64,000 bases of DNA, from the IMG/VR virus record IMGVR_UViG_3300021964_007119, positions 18,180 through 82,179 of that record. One strand, written 5' to 3'. Source of the DNA: a virus. Positions 30,425-38,018 of the stretch are shown piece after piece. Made by a program: the position numbers and the translations under genes. The first letter of the stretch is position 1. Every line of letters starts with the position of its first letter. The notes beneath the pieces were generated by a model. That model did not search any database, had not been told where the DNA came from, and was given only the letters and a program-made list of their open reading frames with translations.

Positions 30425-30566
30425 TATAGACTCCTATGTTTATGAGGTTCTACCTCTTTTATAAATGTTACTTTTAATGGTGAACATTACTAACCATATA
30501 TCAATAAGTATATGTTAATACGCCTAAACAATCAAGCTATTTTAATCATATAAAACTTACAATTAT

Positions 30567-30600
30567 AATATAATACTTTTTTTGTTGTTTGTCAAGAACT
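30567..30600 (-). promoter_or_regulatory. sigma70-type early promoter
   Basis: GTTC-TTGACA-17 bp-TATATT. Confidence 0.7.
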
Positions 30601-30760
30601 ATTTTTCTCTAATACGGTTTATGTATTTCTTTATCAGTCGTTCTCTAAACGAAACTTTATCTTGTGAATGACCTGGATTCTGTTTAGTCCTAGTCAGTCT
30701 TTTTTGTAGTTGGTGAATCTTTCTAAATAATTTTGACTTGTATTCAAACTTCTTACTCAT
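30599..30760 (-). CDS. Small basic hypothetical protein (53 aa)
   Basis: Manual translation MSKKFEYKSKLFRKIHQLQKR...; SD AGGAG. Confidence 0.55.
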   Translation of the reverse strand: MSKKFEYKSKLFRKIHQLQKRLTRTKQNPGHSQDKVSFRERLIKKYINRIREK

Positions 30761-30791
30761 TGCATTCTCCTATCTAAATTGTGATTTTATT

Positions 30792-31172
30792 TCAATATTC
30801 GTTTTTGTTTAATTTCTTTTTATGGATTCTATACTTCCACAAGTTTTTTGGATTAAATGGAACATCTGGTATTTTGTCTACTTCTGCTTTCAATTTCAAT
30901 ATACTTGGTATCTGTACTACATAAGTATCATCAATAACATTGAACCTACAAAGTTTATTTGTTTTATCACAAATACCCACTAAATCACCTTCTTTGGTTT
31001 CTATCAAATGTTTTCTATCACTTGGTAACCCATACATATTTACATACTCTCCGCCTTCACTTGGAACTGAATGAAATATGCTTGGTTTAGGTGAACCATT
31101 ATACTCAGACACATATGTCAAACACAATAGTTCATCTTCTGGTGTTTTGGTTGTTTGGTTATACCTTTTCAC
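30792..31172 (-). CDS. Hypothetical protein
   Basis: 126-aa ORF. Confidence 0.45.
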   Translation of the reverse strand: MKRYNQTTKTPEDELLCLTYVSEYNGSPKPSIFHSVPSEGGEYVNMYGLPSDRKHLIETKEGDLVGICDKTNKLCRFNVIDDTYVVQIPSILKLKAEVDKIPDVPFNPKNLWKYRIHKKKLNKNEY

Positions 31173-31627
31173 TATCTACGAAATGCATTTGGTTCATCAT
31201 ATTCGACTAATCCACTAAATTCTGATGATGAACGAATTTTCTTTCCAAGACCTTGTTGAAAATCAATTCCTAATTCACCACATACTTTTACTTCTGGTGA
31301 ATTTGAAGCATCTCTATCACCACCATTACAAAATATTAGTTTGTCCATAGGTTTAAATCTGTGAATCATCTTAATAGTTTCACATACTGACTTATCTTCA
31401 TCAATTGATATGATAGCTTCATCAACCATATCTAAATGATATACGATTTCTAATCTATCGTGTTCTATCATAAATTCATCACCTTTCTTTAACAAACATT
31501 GTTCACGATTATTTACAATAACCACCAACTCATCTGCTAATTCTTTAGCTAATTTAAAGTATTCTAAGTGTCCTATGTGTAGTGGGTCAAAGTATCCACT
31601 AACTATTGCTGTTTTTTTTCTTTTCAT
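31172..31627 (-). CDS. Cytidylyltransferase-family nucleotidyltransferase (TagD/RfaE-like)
   Basis: SGYFDPLHIGH (HIGH motif), NGGDR, KIRSSS. Confidence 0.85.
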   Translation of the reverse strand: MKRKKTAIVSGYFDPLHIGHLEYFKLAKELADELVVIVNNREQCLLKKGDEFMIEHDRLEIVYHLDMVDEAIISIDEDKSVCETIKMIHRFKPMDKLIFCNGGDRDASNSPEVKVCGELGIDFQQGLGKKIRSSSEFSGLVEYDEPNAFRR

Positions 31628-31629
31628 TA

Positions 31630-32538
31630 TTACTCCTTTATAATAAGTATTTCGTGAGAATCCTTTTGATTACTGATTCCCATCTGTTTTCTGTTTTTTC
31701 CTATTCTCGTTTCACCCGTTCCCATAGAATAATTCCATTTAGGAAATACTTGGTGAAAATCTTTATACCATTCTCTAATGGTTTCACAATTATTATATGA
31801 TAGAACAAATGAACCTTCGTGGTCATATAACATATCTCTCAACTTCTCGTGGTCAAATCCGTCGTGATGAACGGGTATATTCCTCATTGGATAAATACCA
31901 TTGAACATCTTGTTGTCTTTGTCTTGTTCCAAATAATAAGGTGGGTCTAAATATAATAAATCTTTTTTGTGATTAGGTATCACATCTCTATAATCTGCTT
32001 GTTGAACTGACAAATTGGGGCACAAAAAGTTATTGATGTTTTTGCACATTTGTTTCCACTTATCTGCTTGTAAATATACTGAACTACCCCAACCGAGATA
32101 ACCCGGCCCATAAGAAGTATTGTGGTTAAAGTAATAAAGAGAAGCTCTTTCTAAATCAGATAACGATATCACATTGTCTCGTTTGTAAGAATCTGTTTTC
32201 CAATCTGCTAGCATATCTTGTGTTTTATCTAATGACATAAGAATTTCTTTTACTTCTTTATAAGTCTTATCATCAGGGGTAATCTTGGAAAGTTCCTTTG
32301 ACAACTCTTGTGGTTGTGATAAAAGAACTTCCCAAAAATTAACCAACATATCGAACACATCATATCCAATAACTTCAATATCCAATTCATTAGCCCAACG
32401 AACCTCTAACGAACCACCACCAATAAATGGCGATATAATTCGTTTAGGTTTAGGCCAAAATGGAATGTAAGTTGAGATAAATCCATACGCTCTGGACTTA
32501 CCACCTGCATATCTTAATGGTGTTCGACTATGTTTCAT
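31630..32538 (-). CDS. dam: DNA adenine methyltransferase, D12 class (Dam-like)
   Basis: LRYAGGKS, SPFIGGGS, YLDPPY. Confidence 0.85.
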   Translation of the reverse strand: MKHSRTPLRYAGGKSRAYGFISTYIPFWPKPKRIISPFIGGGSLEVRWANELDIEVIGYDVFDMLVNFWEVLLSQPQELSKELSKITPDDKTYKEVKEILMSLDKTQDMLADWKTDSYKRDNVISLSDLERASLYYFNHNTSYGPGYLGWGSSVYLQADKWKQMCKNINNFLCPNLSVQQADYRDVIPNHKKDLLYLDPPYYLEQDKDNKMFNGIYPMRNIPVHHDGFDHEKLRDMLYDHEGSFVLSYNNCETIREWYKDFHQVFPKWNYSMGTGETRIGKNRKQMGISNQKDSHEILIIKE

Positions 32539-32720
32539 TATTTATTTTCTTCAACTGAAGCTTTACGATACTCAGTAACTAACTTTTTTACTTCACCAAT
32601 CGCTTTACGAGCTCTCGTTCCAGCGGCTTTGTTTCCAGTATTTAAGTTAGTTTGATGATTCGTTGAAAAGTCTGTAAACAAATCATTCAGTTGTGAATAT
32701 AACTCATCTAATTTACTCAT
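32538..32720 (-). CDS. Histone H1-like (Hc1-family) small protein
   Basis: GNKAAGTRARKA...VKKLVTEYRKASV; SD AAGGAG. Confidence 0.75.
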   Translation of the reverse strand: MSKLDELYSQLNDLFTDFSTNHQTNLNTGNKAAGTRARKAIGEVKKLVTEYRKASVEENK

Positions 32721-32765
32721 TGTAATCTCCTTAAGGTTTGAGTTTTAGTTTTTCCTTTTCTTATG

Positions 32766-32837
32766 AGGCGTGTGTAGGAATCGAACCTACGAACAATGGT
32801 TTTGCAAACCACGACATTGCCATTCTGTCAACACGCC
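32766..32837 (-). tRNA. tRNA-Cys(GCA)
   Basis: GGCGTGT acceptor, loop TT-GCA-AA, GGTTCGATTCC, U discriminator. Confidence 0.92.
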
Positions 32838-32841
32838 GTTG

Positions 32842-32926
32842 TGGTAAGTGATGGATTTGAACCACCGTATCTCATACGAGAGTCAGATTTACAGTCTGAT
32901 GCTTTTAACCGCTCAGCCAACTTACC
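32842..32926 (-). tRNA. tRNA-Tyr(GUA)
   Basis: GGTAAGT acceptor, loop CT-GTA-AA, long variable arm. Confidence 0.93.
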
Positions 32927-32927
32927 G

Positions 32928-33001
32928 AGCTTCCAGTAGGATTTGAACCCACGACATTCTCATTACAAATGAGATGCTCTACCAAACTGAGCTATGGAAG
33001 C
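32928..33001 (-). tRNA. tRNA-Thr(UGU)
   Basis: GCTTCCA acceptor, TCTCA-TT-TGT-AA-TGAGA. Confidence 0.93.
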
Positions 33002-33006
33002 GTTTG

Positions 33007-33078
33007 TACTCCGACGGGTAGTCGAAACCCGATTTTATGGATGAAAACCATATGTCCTAACCATTAGACGACCGGAGC
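33007..33078 (-). tRNA. tRNA-Glu(UUC)
   Basis: GCTCCGG acceptor, TATGG-TT-TTC-AT-CCATA; T arm with U53:A61. Confidence 0.88.
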
Positions 33079-33081
33079 ATT

Positions 33082-33190
33082 ACTTATAGAAGCTTTGTTA
33101 TGTCCTTGAAGAATAGCATTTAAGTCTTGTTCTGACAAGGTGTGGAATTATTTAATCGGTTTTCCAATCATTTCCGAACTACCTATAAGT
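33082..33190 (-). ncRNA. Candidate 109-nt structured RNA in the tRNA cluster
   Basis: Terminal helix ACTTATAG/CTATAAGT extendable with G-U pairs; internal hairpins GATTGG-AAAA-CCGATT and CTTGT-CAGA-ACAAG. Confidence 0.45.
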
Positions 33191-33197
33191 GTTTAAT

Positions 33198-33278
33198 TTA
33201 AAGGTTAATTTTTCTCAGACCTCTGTTTATAACCAGTCCAATACAAAAACCTAATAATACTAATAATATTTCTTGCAT
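33198..33278 (-). CDS. 26-aa hydrophobic micro-protein
   Basis: MQEILLVLLGFCIGLVINRGLRKINL; SD AAGGAG. Confidence 0.5.
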   Translation of the reverse strand: MQEILLVLLGFCIGLVINRGLRKINL

Positions 33279-33301
33279 GTTTATCTCCTTTTATATGTTT
33301 G

Positions 33302-33374
33302 TGGAGCTGACAGGAATCGAACCCGCGACCTACGCAGTGCAAGTGCGTCGCTCTTCCAACTGAGCTACAGCCCC
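33302..33374 (-). tRNA. tRNA-Ala(UGC)
   Basis: GGGGCTG acceptor with G3:U70, loop CT-TGC-AC. Confidence 0.94.
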
Positions 33375-33446
33375 ATATCTGTTTATCTATTAACTATTAA
33401 GTTAAATAAAATTACACTCGCTAATACACCAGTCATTTCTACCATA

Positions 33447-33599
33447 CTATCTCCTTTTCTTATATCTGTTCAAAGTTTTCTTAGGAACTGCTCCTAAGTG
33501 TGTTTGTGGTTTCGTTCCAAACTTGGTATTCTTTCCTTTACCTTGTCTGGTTTTTTTCTGACCATTACCCGTTCTACTATCACTTGTTAATACTGCCAT
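33447..33599 (-). CDS. Small basic protein (50 aa)
   Basis: Manual translation ...KKTRQGKGKNTKFG...; SD AAGGAG. Confidence 0.55.
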   Translation of the reverse strand: MAVLTSDSRTGNGQKKTRQGKGKNTKFGTKPQTHLGAVPKKTLNRYKKRR

Positions 33600-33608
33600 A
33601 CTCTCTCC

Positions 33609-33875
33609 TTATACTTTCCAAAAATCTTCTTCTTTATATGTGTTGGTAAATGAACCTTCTCCGTGTACTTCTTCAGCACCTTCGGTTGAACTATAATAGT
33701 TAACAACAGCTCCTTTAATATCAACAACCTTACCTTCTTCTTTTGGATTGAAGTTTCTATTACTTGGTGGAATCTTTATGTGGATATGTTCCACTTGTCC
33801 TACTCTTCCAGTATCTGAACACTTCTTTCGTAGTCCTTCTAAATTAATTCCTTGATTTCTTCTTCTTCTTGGCAT
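33609..33875 (-). CDS. Hypothetical protein
   Basis: 88-aa ORF, SD GAGGAG. Confidence 0.5.
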   Translation of the reverse strand: MPRRRRNQGINLEGLRKKCSDTGRVGQVEHIHIKIPPSNRNFNPKEEGKVVDIKGAVVNYYSSTEGAEEVHGEGSFTNTYKEEDFWKV

Positions 33876-34341
33876 TTTTGCTCCTCGTTTTTAGTTTTAC
33901 TTCTGAAGTTGTCTTTTCTCTATGACACTTCTTACATAGTGTTTGTAAATTTTCTAATTTATAATAATTCCAATCTAAATCTTTTTCTTTTACACCCTTT
34001 TGTTCTACCAATGGTTTGATGTGGTCTGCTTCCCAATGTAAATCAAAGTATCCACATTTTTTACAAATACCTTCATCACGATTCCATAGTTGAGCTCGTT
34101 GTTCTCCACTATGATAGATTAATAAGTATTCAGTTGCACAATCTTCGTGCCAACTTTTACGGGTGTTAATCGTATCTTCTTTCTCATTCAATATAACATT
34201 ACCACACCACCTACAATTACCTTTGGTCTTGGTATAGTAATGTTTTGGTTTTGGTGGTTTACGGAAATCTCCGTTCCACTTCTCTTTTTTCTTTTTTCCA
34301 AATGTCTTCTCGTGTCGTGAACTCCACCTACTTAACGGCAC
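33844..34341 (-). CDS. HNH endonuclease
   Basis: CKKC...ADHIKPL...NLQTLCKKCHREKT. Confidence 0.85.
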   Translation of the reverse strand: MPLSRWSSRHEKTFGKKKKEKWNGDFRKPPKPKHYYTKTKGNCRWCGNVILNEKEDTINTRKSWHEDCATEYLLIYHSGEQRAQLWNRDEGICKKCGYFDLHWEADHIKPLVEQKGVKEKDLDWNYYKLENLQTLCKKCHREKTTSEVKLKTRSKNAKKKKKSRN

Positions 34342-34410
34342 ATAAACTCCTTTGAAAGACGCGGGCCGTGGGGGCCGTCATAAACATCTGCCTTTGCCTC
34401 CCGAACCATT

Positions 34411-34524
34411 TTATTTTAAATCCTCATATAAGTTTAATAATATCACATATACAGCTATTCCACATATCAACAAAACAAAGCTTGTGACAATCCATTGTAT
34501 TATCGTAAATATTAAACTAAACAT
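34411..34524 (-). CDS. 37-aa membrane micro-protein
   Basis: MFSLIFTIIQWIVTSFVLLICGIAVYVILLNLYEDLK. Confidence 0.45.
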   Translation of the reverse strand: MFSLIFTIIQWIVTSFVLLICGIAVYVILLNLYEDLK

Positions 34525-34575
34525 TTATAACTTTCATTGTACTCATAATTTTTTAAAACTCGGGTAATAATAAAA

Positions 34576-34719
34576 CTAAAGAAGCTCACCCTCATAACTA
34601 TCGTCGTCCGTATCGTCCATAGGTATATCTATATTAAGATGTGATACAATATTCACATATAAAAAGAATACCCCACACCCTATACCGATGATACCGGTTA
34701 ATAATTCTAATCCGTTCAT
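34576..34719 (-). CDS. 47-aa membrane micro-protein with acidic tail
   Basis: MNGLELLTGIIGIGCGVFFLYVNIVSH...DDTDDDSYEGELL. Confidence 0.45.
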   Translation of the reverse strand: MNGLELLTGIIGIGCGVFFLYVNIVSHLNIDIPMDDTDDDSYEGELL

Positions 34720-34907
34720 TTCTTAAACATTTGGATACACAATTGTAACATAGATATCAGTTTAGACTTTAACGAAGTCGATTCTGATATAATGTTAGAT
34801 TGTAATTCCGATGCCGTTTTATTTTTCTTTTTCTTAAACATATTTATCCACTCTATTACATTAACCCACATTTATAAATATCAGGTAAGCCTTCCAAACC
34901 ACCAGGC

Positions 34908-35240
34908 TTACGCGTCTATTTCTCTCTGGTCTTCTAAAGGTCTTTCATCTATTTCTTGTTTCCAATCTAAGATTTCCCAAGAAAAGGCCTTTCTATTTCT
35001 TTGAAACTCAGTCATAGACCAATTAATGTTATCAGTTGTTAATGTCACGACCTCTGTATTGTGATTCTCATAATACATAATTTCAATCAGATAACTTTTT
35101 CTCTGTGATATTCTACTATTCATATTCTTTCCTTTATTCTTTATTAATACTATTCCTAAATCATTCATCTTGATATAACCCACGCCATACCAATTATAAT
35201 TAGTATGTTCATAAACATTTCCATTAATAATTTCTCCCAT
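34908..35240 (-). CDS. Hypothetical early protein (start uncertain)
   Basis: 110-aa ORF; alternative start MNSRIS after SD AAAGGA. Confidence 0.45.
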   Translation of the reverse strand: MGEIINGNVYEHTNYNWYGVGYIKMNDLGIVLIKNKGKNMNSRISQRKSYLIEIMYYENHNTEVVTLTTDNINWSMTEFQRNRKAFSWEILDWKQEIDERPLEDQREIDA

Positions 35241-35318
35241 ACTTATCGGCGTTTCTCATTGCCCATAAAGTAAACACTATTAAACCTAATCCATATATTG
35301 TATATCCTAATATCTCCA

Positions 35319-35456
35319 TTATCCTATCCTCGTTAAAATATAAAATTGTAAGAACAACACCATCAGTGCAATGATTGTTCTGATAAACTCCATTAAATGA
35401 TTATGTCTATCGAAGAACCTTTCAATTCTATACCATATACTATCTCTGTAATCCAT
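35319..35456 (-). CDS. 45-aa membrane micro-protein
   Basis: MDYRDSIWYRIERFFDRHNHLMEFIRTIIALMVLFLQFYILTRIG. Confidence 0.5.
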   Translation of the reverse strand: MDYRDSIWYRIERFFDRHNHLMEFIRTIIALMVLFLQFYILTRIG

Positions 35457-35511
35457 ACTATTACCTATTCCTTCCCTTGACACCTTGTGTCAAAAAACCT
35501 ATGTGTTAAAA

Positions 35512-35603
35512 ATACTCCCGAGTTTTGCACGACCTCGAGATAAAAATCAGTCAGAGCCTCCTCTATAAATCTTGCGACTTTGCAATCACGGTTAAATGCT
35601 CCC
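35512..35603 (-). ncRNA. Candidate structured 5' leader or small RNA with SAM-II/V-like 5' half
   Basis: Starts at the predicted TSS: GGGAGCATTTAACCGTGATTGC; GGAGC/GCTCT helix, GCAA-tetraloop hairpin, possible TTGCA/TGCAA pseudoknot. Confidence 0.35.
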
Positions 35604-35606
35604 TAT

Positions 35607-35645
35607 AATATACGACATCTATTTCTCAATGTCAAGAGCTTTTTT
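35607..35645 (-). promoter_or_regulatory. sigma70-type early promoter
   Basis: AAAAAAGCTC-TTGACA-17 bp-TATATT. Confidence 0.8.
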
Positions 35646-35647
35646 TA

Positions 35648-35836
35648 TTATCCTATTCCTATTTGAAATCCTAATTCTTCTGCGTTTTCTTTAAACTCCC
35701 ATATACCTTGAACTAAGCCCTCTACTTCTTTATCGGACTTTTCCCAGAATTTGGGGTCGTGAAAGTCTTTTTGTATATCTTTCATTACTTGTTTCATCAT
35801 ATGTTGTAATTCTTTATCGTCTATATTACTTCTCAT
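35648..35836 (-). CDS. Hypothetical early protein
   Basis: 62-aa ORF. Confidence 0.5.
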   Translation of the reverse strand: MRSNIDDKELQHMMKQVMKDIQKDFHDPKFWEKSDKEVEGLVQGIWEFKENAEELGFQIGIG

Positions 35837-35992
35837 AGTAGGAGCTTCTTTACCTTTATACTTACCCGTGATATACCAAGCCTCGTGGATTTACGATATT
35901 AACACCACGAGAACTTGACGAACCTATTTGTTTATAATGTTTTCTTAGAACATTTATGTAAATCACTTATCCTTTTGTTAATAAAATTTTTG

Positions 35993-36189
35993 AGGGTGTT
36001 GTAGGATTCGAACCTACACGCTCCAATACTAACTCGTTACTTAGGTGAATATCACTATGGGTTCTCACACCCTACTTATCTAGATTCAGTATCACCGACC
36101 TTCGTCTTATTCTCGTCAGTCCCCTATTGGACTCGCACCGATTTTCATAACTCGTGTTCTTGACGACAAAACCAATCGTCATAACACCC
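35993..36189 (-). ncRNA. tRNA-like RNA (197 nt) with a large structured insert
   Basis: Perfect 7-bp acceptor GGGTGTT/AACACCC, canonical T arm GTAGG-TTCGAAT-CCTAC, 6-bp D-like stem TGACGA/TCGTCA, about 140 nt in place of the anticodon and variable arms; own promoter. Confidence 0.75.
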
Positions 36190-36207
36190 AATTTTCAAAT
36201 ACATCTT

Positions 36208-36246
36208 AACTTACTACAATTACCCGTAAAAGTCAAGAGCTTTTTT
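36208..36246 (-). promoter_or_regulatory. sigma70-type promoter for the tRNA-like RNA
   Basis: AAAAAAGCTC-TTGACT-17 bp-TAAGTT, 18 nt upstream of the acceptor stem. Confidence 0.7.
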
Positions 36247-36250
36247 TAAA

Positions 36251-36694
36251 TTATTTCGGATAGATAGCAAAGGTATCAGCATACTCAGCCAGACAATGCC
36301 CTTGAGCTCTCTCGTATCCGTATTGTTCTTTACTACAACCTCTATACTTAATTCTATAATTCCCCGTTTTCATCATATTCCTAATCGTAGGATTATACCT
36401 AACTCTCATAGGAATACCTTTGTACAACGCTTGTTCAAAATAACCAGCTTCATATTGTTCCAACCTAATTGCTGGTTGATTCTGATTTAATCTATACAAC
36501 TCCATAGGATTATGAGCATATCTATAACTCGTTATCTCGTGAGTTCCGTTCTCAACATACTCTCCTTTATCATTATAATAACCATAAAAATTTTGAATAT
36601 ATCGTGTACATAGTGTATCTTCATAATTCCTCATAGGAATACCAAAAGTATCAGTTTGAATTTCCATATTTTCCTCGTTGTTTTGTTCTATCAT
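36251..36694 (-). CDS. Hypothetical early protein (Tyr-rich)
   Basis: 147-aa ORF directly after an early promoter. Confidence 0.55.
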   Translation of the reverse strand: MIEQNNEENMEIQTDTFGIPMRNYEDTLCTRYIQNFYGYYNDKGEYVENGTHEITSYRYAHNPMELYRLNQNQPAIRLEQYEAGYFEQALYKGIPMRVRYNPTIRNMMKTGNYRIKYRGCSKEQYGYERAQGHCLAEYADTFAIYPK

Positions 36695-36699
36695 ACTCT

Positions 36700-36737
36700 A
36701 TATTACGAATACCCGAACTAAAAGTCAAGAGCTTTTT
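36700..36737 (-). promoter_or_regulatory. sigma70-type early promoter
   Basis: AAAAAGCTC-TTGACT-17 bp-TAATAT. Confidence 0.7.
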
Positions 36738-37260
36738 CACATATTTCTCAGCTTTTTCCCCCAAAATCCCCTATGCCCCACACAGGCCGCAGTCTGTCAT
36801 TTTGTCATACATCAGATTTTTTTACTTTTTTTCAAAAAGCACTTGACAATAACGGCCATTTTTAGTAAATTATAAGTTAAGCTGTATTATGTATCTGCAA
36901 GATTAGGATTGTCGCTCTAATATCTAGTAGCTCTTTCTTTTTGTATATGTGGATAAGCTGTGGATAAGTGTATGTCATTGTGTCATATCAGGGAAAAAAA
37001 TCGCAGGGCTCAACACGAACATATTATATTTCTTGTTATGATATTAAGAACTTGGTGGTCTGGTTGGGAAATTATGTGTGAAAAGTGGGTTGAATTCCCT
37101 TACTTTCCCTATTTTGATAAAAATGATATGTAGATTGGTGATGCACCAAATGAGTTTATAGGATTAAATATAATGATAGATTACTTTTTATTTGATATAT
37201 GACAACCTTTTTTTATAAAAGTGTCTTAAAGGGGTATTCCCGTTCCAAATTTACCTATAC
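36733..37260. other. Putative replication origin region with DnaA boxes
   Basis: Non-coding gap; TGTGGATAA at 36948-36956 and 36959-36967; TTTTTCACA at 36733-36741; AT-rich stretch about 37160-37220. Confidence 0.5.
36843..36871 (+). promoter_or_regulatory. Divergent + strand sigma70-type promoter
   Basis: AAAAAGCAC-TTGACA-17 bp-TAAATT. Confidence 0.55.
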
Positions 37261-37285
37261 CCGTTGATGAAATTTTGTTTGTGAG

Positions 37286-37450
37286 TTATTTCTTGATGTC
37301 GAACCAAATCGTTTCGTCGTCTTGATTTTTTGGTTCTTTTTTCTTGGTAGGTTTATCACTCCAGATGAGTAATAAAATTCCGATAATGAGTAGGATATGC
37401 AAGAATATTCCTATCCATTGATAGTCTGATATGTGATTTAAAAAATCCAT
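37286..37450 (-). CDS. 54-aa membrane micro-protein
   Basis: MDFLNHISDYQWIGIFLHILLIIGILLLIWSDKPTKKKE... Confidence 0.5.
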   Translation of the reverse strand: MDFLNHISDYQWIGIFLHILLIIGILLLIWSDKPTKKKEPKNQDDETIWFDIKK

Positions 37451-37621
37451 AGTTGAGTATAACTATTTAGATATATTAATTATCTATCAGTTTTTTAAGT
37501 GAATACAATACCCACGCGGATATAGTTAAAGATGAGATTGCTATGATAAAGTGTTCCATATACTATTCTATAATAGATGAGATTCCTAAACATAAAATCG
37601 TTCCTATGTAAATTATTAATG

Positions 37622-37843
37622 CTATCGTTTCAACAACCATAGTTTTTTCTCCTGAAAATGTTTGATGTGTTTACAAGGTTTCCCTCGTCTAAATTTGTAT
37701 CCTGGACAAGTACAAGTCCACTCCAATACTCTTGGATTAAAAGTTATATCGTAGTCTTTATCTTTGATTTTTAGGTGTTGAGTTCCGTCGTCTTCTACCC
37801 ATACTCCACCTATTAAATCAATGAGATAATTATAATTGTTCAT
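37622..37843 (-). CDS. SWIM zinc-finger protein
   Basis: WTCTCPG...PCKHI (CxC...CxH). Confidence 0.75.
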   Translation of the reverse strand: MNNYNYLIDLIGGVWVEDDGTQHLKIKDKDYDITFNPRVLEWTCTCPGYKFRRGKPCKHIKHFQEKKLWLLKR

Positions 37844-38018
37844 TAAAATCCTTTTGGTATAATTTTACTAATTCTTTGTCCATACGCATCCACCTTTTGA
37901 AATCTTTAACTTCCAATACCATTATATCCAAACACTCTTCTATTTGAGTATCTGAATATCCTAATTTCAATAGGTGCTCAATTAAATCTGATAATGTGTA
38001 ATTATTCTTCAAAACCAC
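37830..38018 (-). CDS. Hypothetical early protein
   Basis: 62-aa ORF. Confidence 0.45.
   Translation of the reverse strand: MVLKNNYTLSDLIEHLLKLGYSDTQIEECLDIMVLEVKDFKRWMRMDKELVKLYQKDFNEQL

Noticed and set aside
33082-33190. 5S rRNA or SRP RNA
   Set aside because: CCGAAC is on the opposite strand and at the wrong position; SRP domain IV motif absent
35512-35603. Twister ribozyme or c-di-GMP-I riboswitch
   Set aside because: Required pseudoknot complementarity and conserved GEMM core not found by eye
35993-36189. tmRNA or group I intron-containing tRNA
   Set aside because: No G3:U70 pair or A discriminator, too short, no Ala-ending tag frame, no recognisable split anticodon arm or group I core; kept as unknown tRNA-like RNA
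36795-36988. Pho box
   Set aside because: TGTCAT repeats have an 8-bp period, not the 11-bp period of PhoB sites
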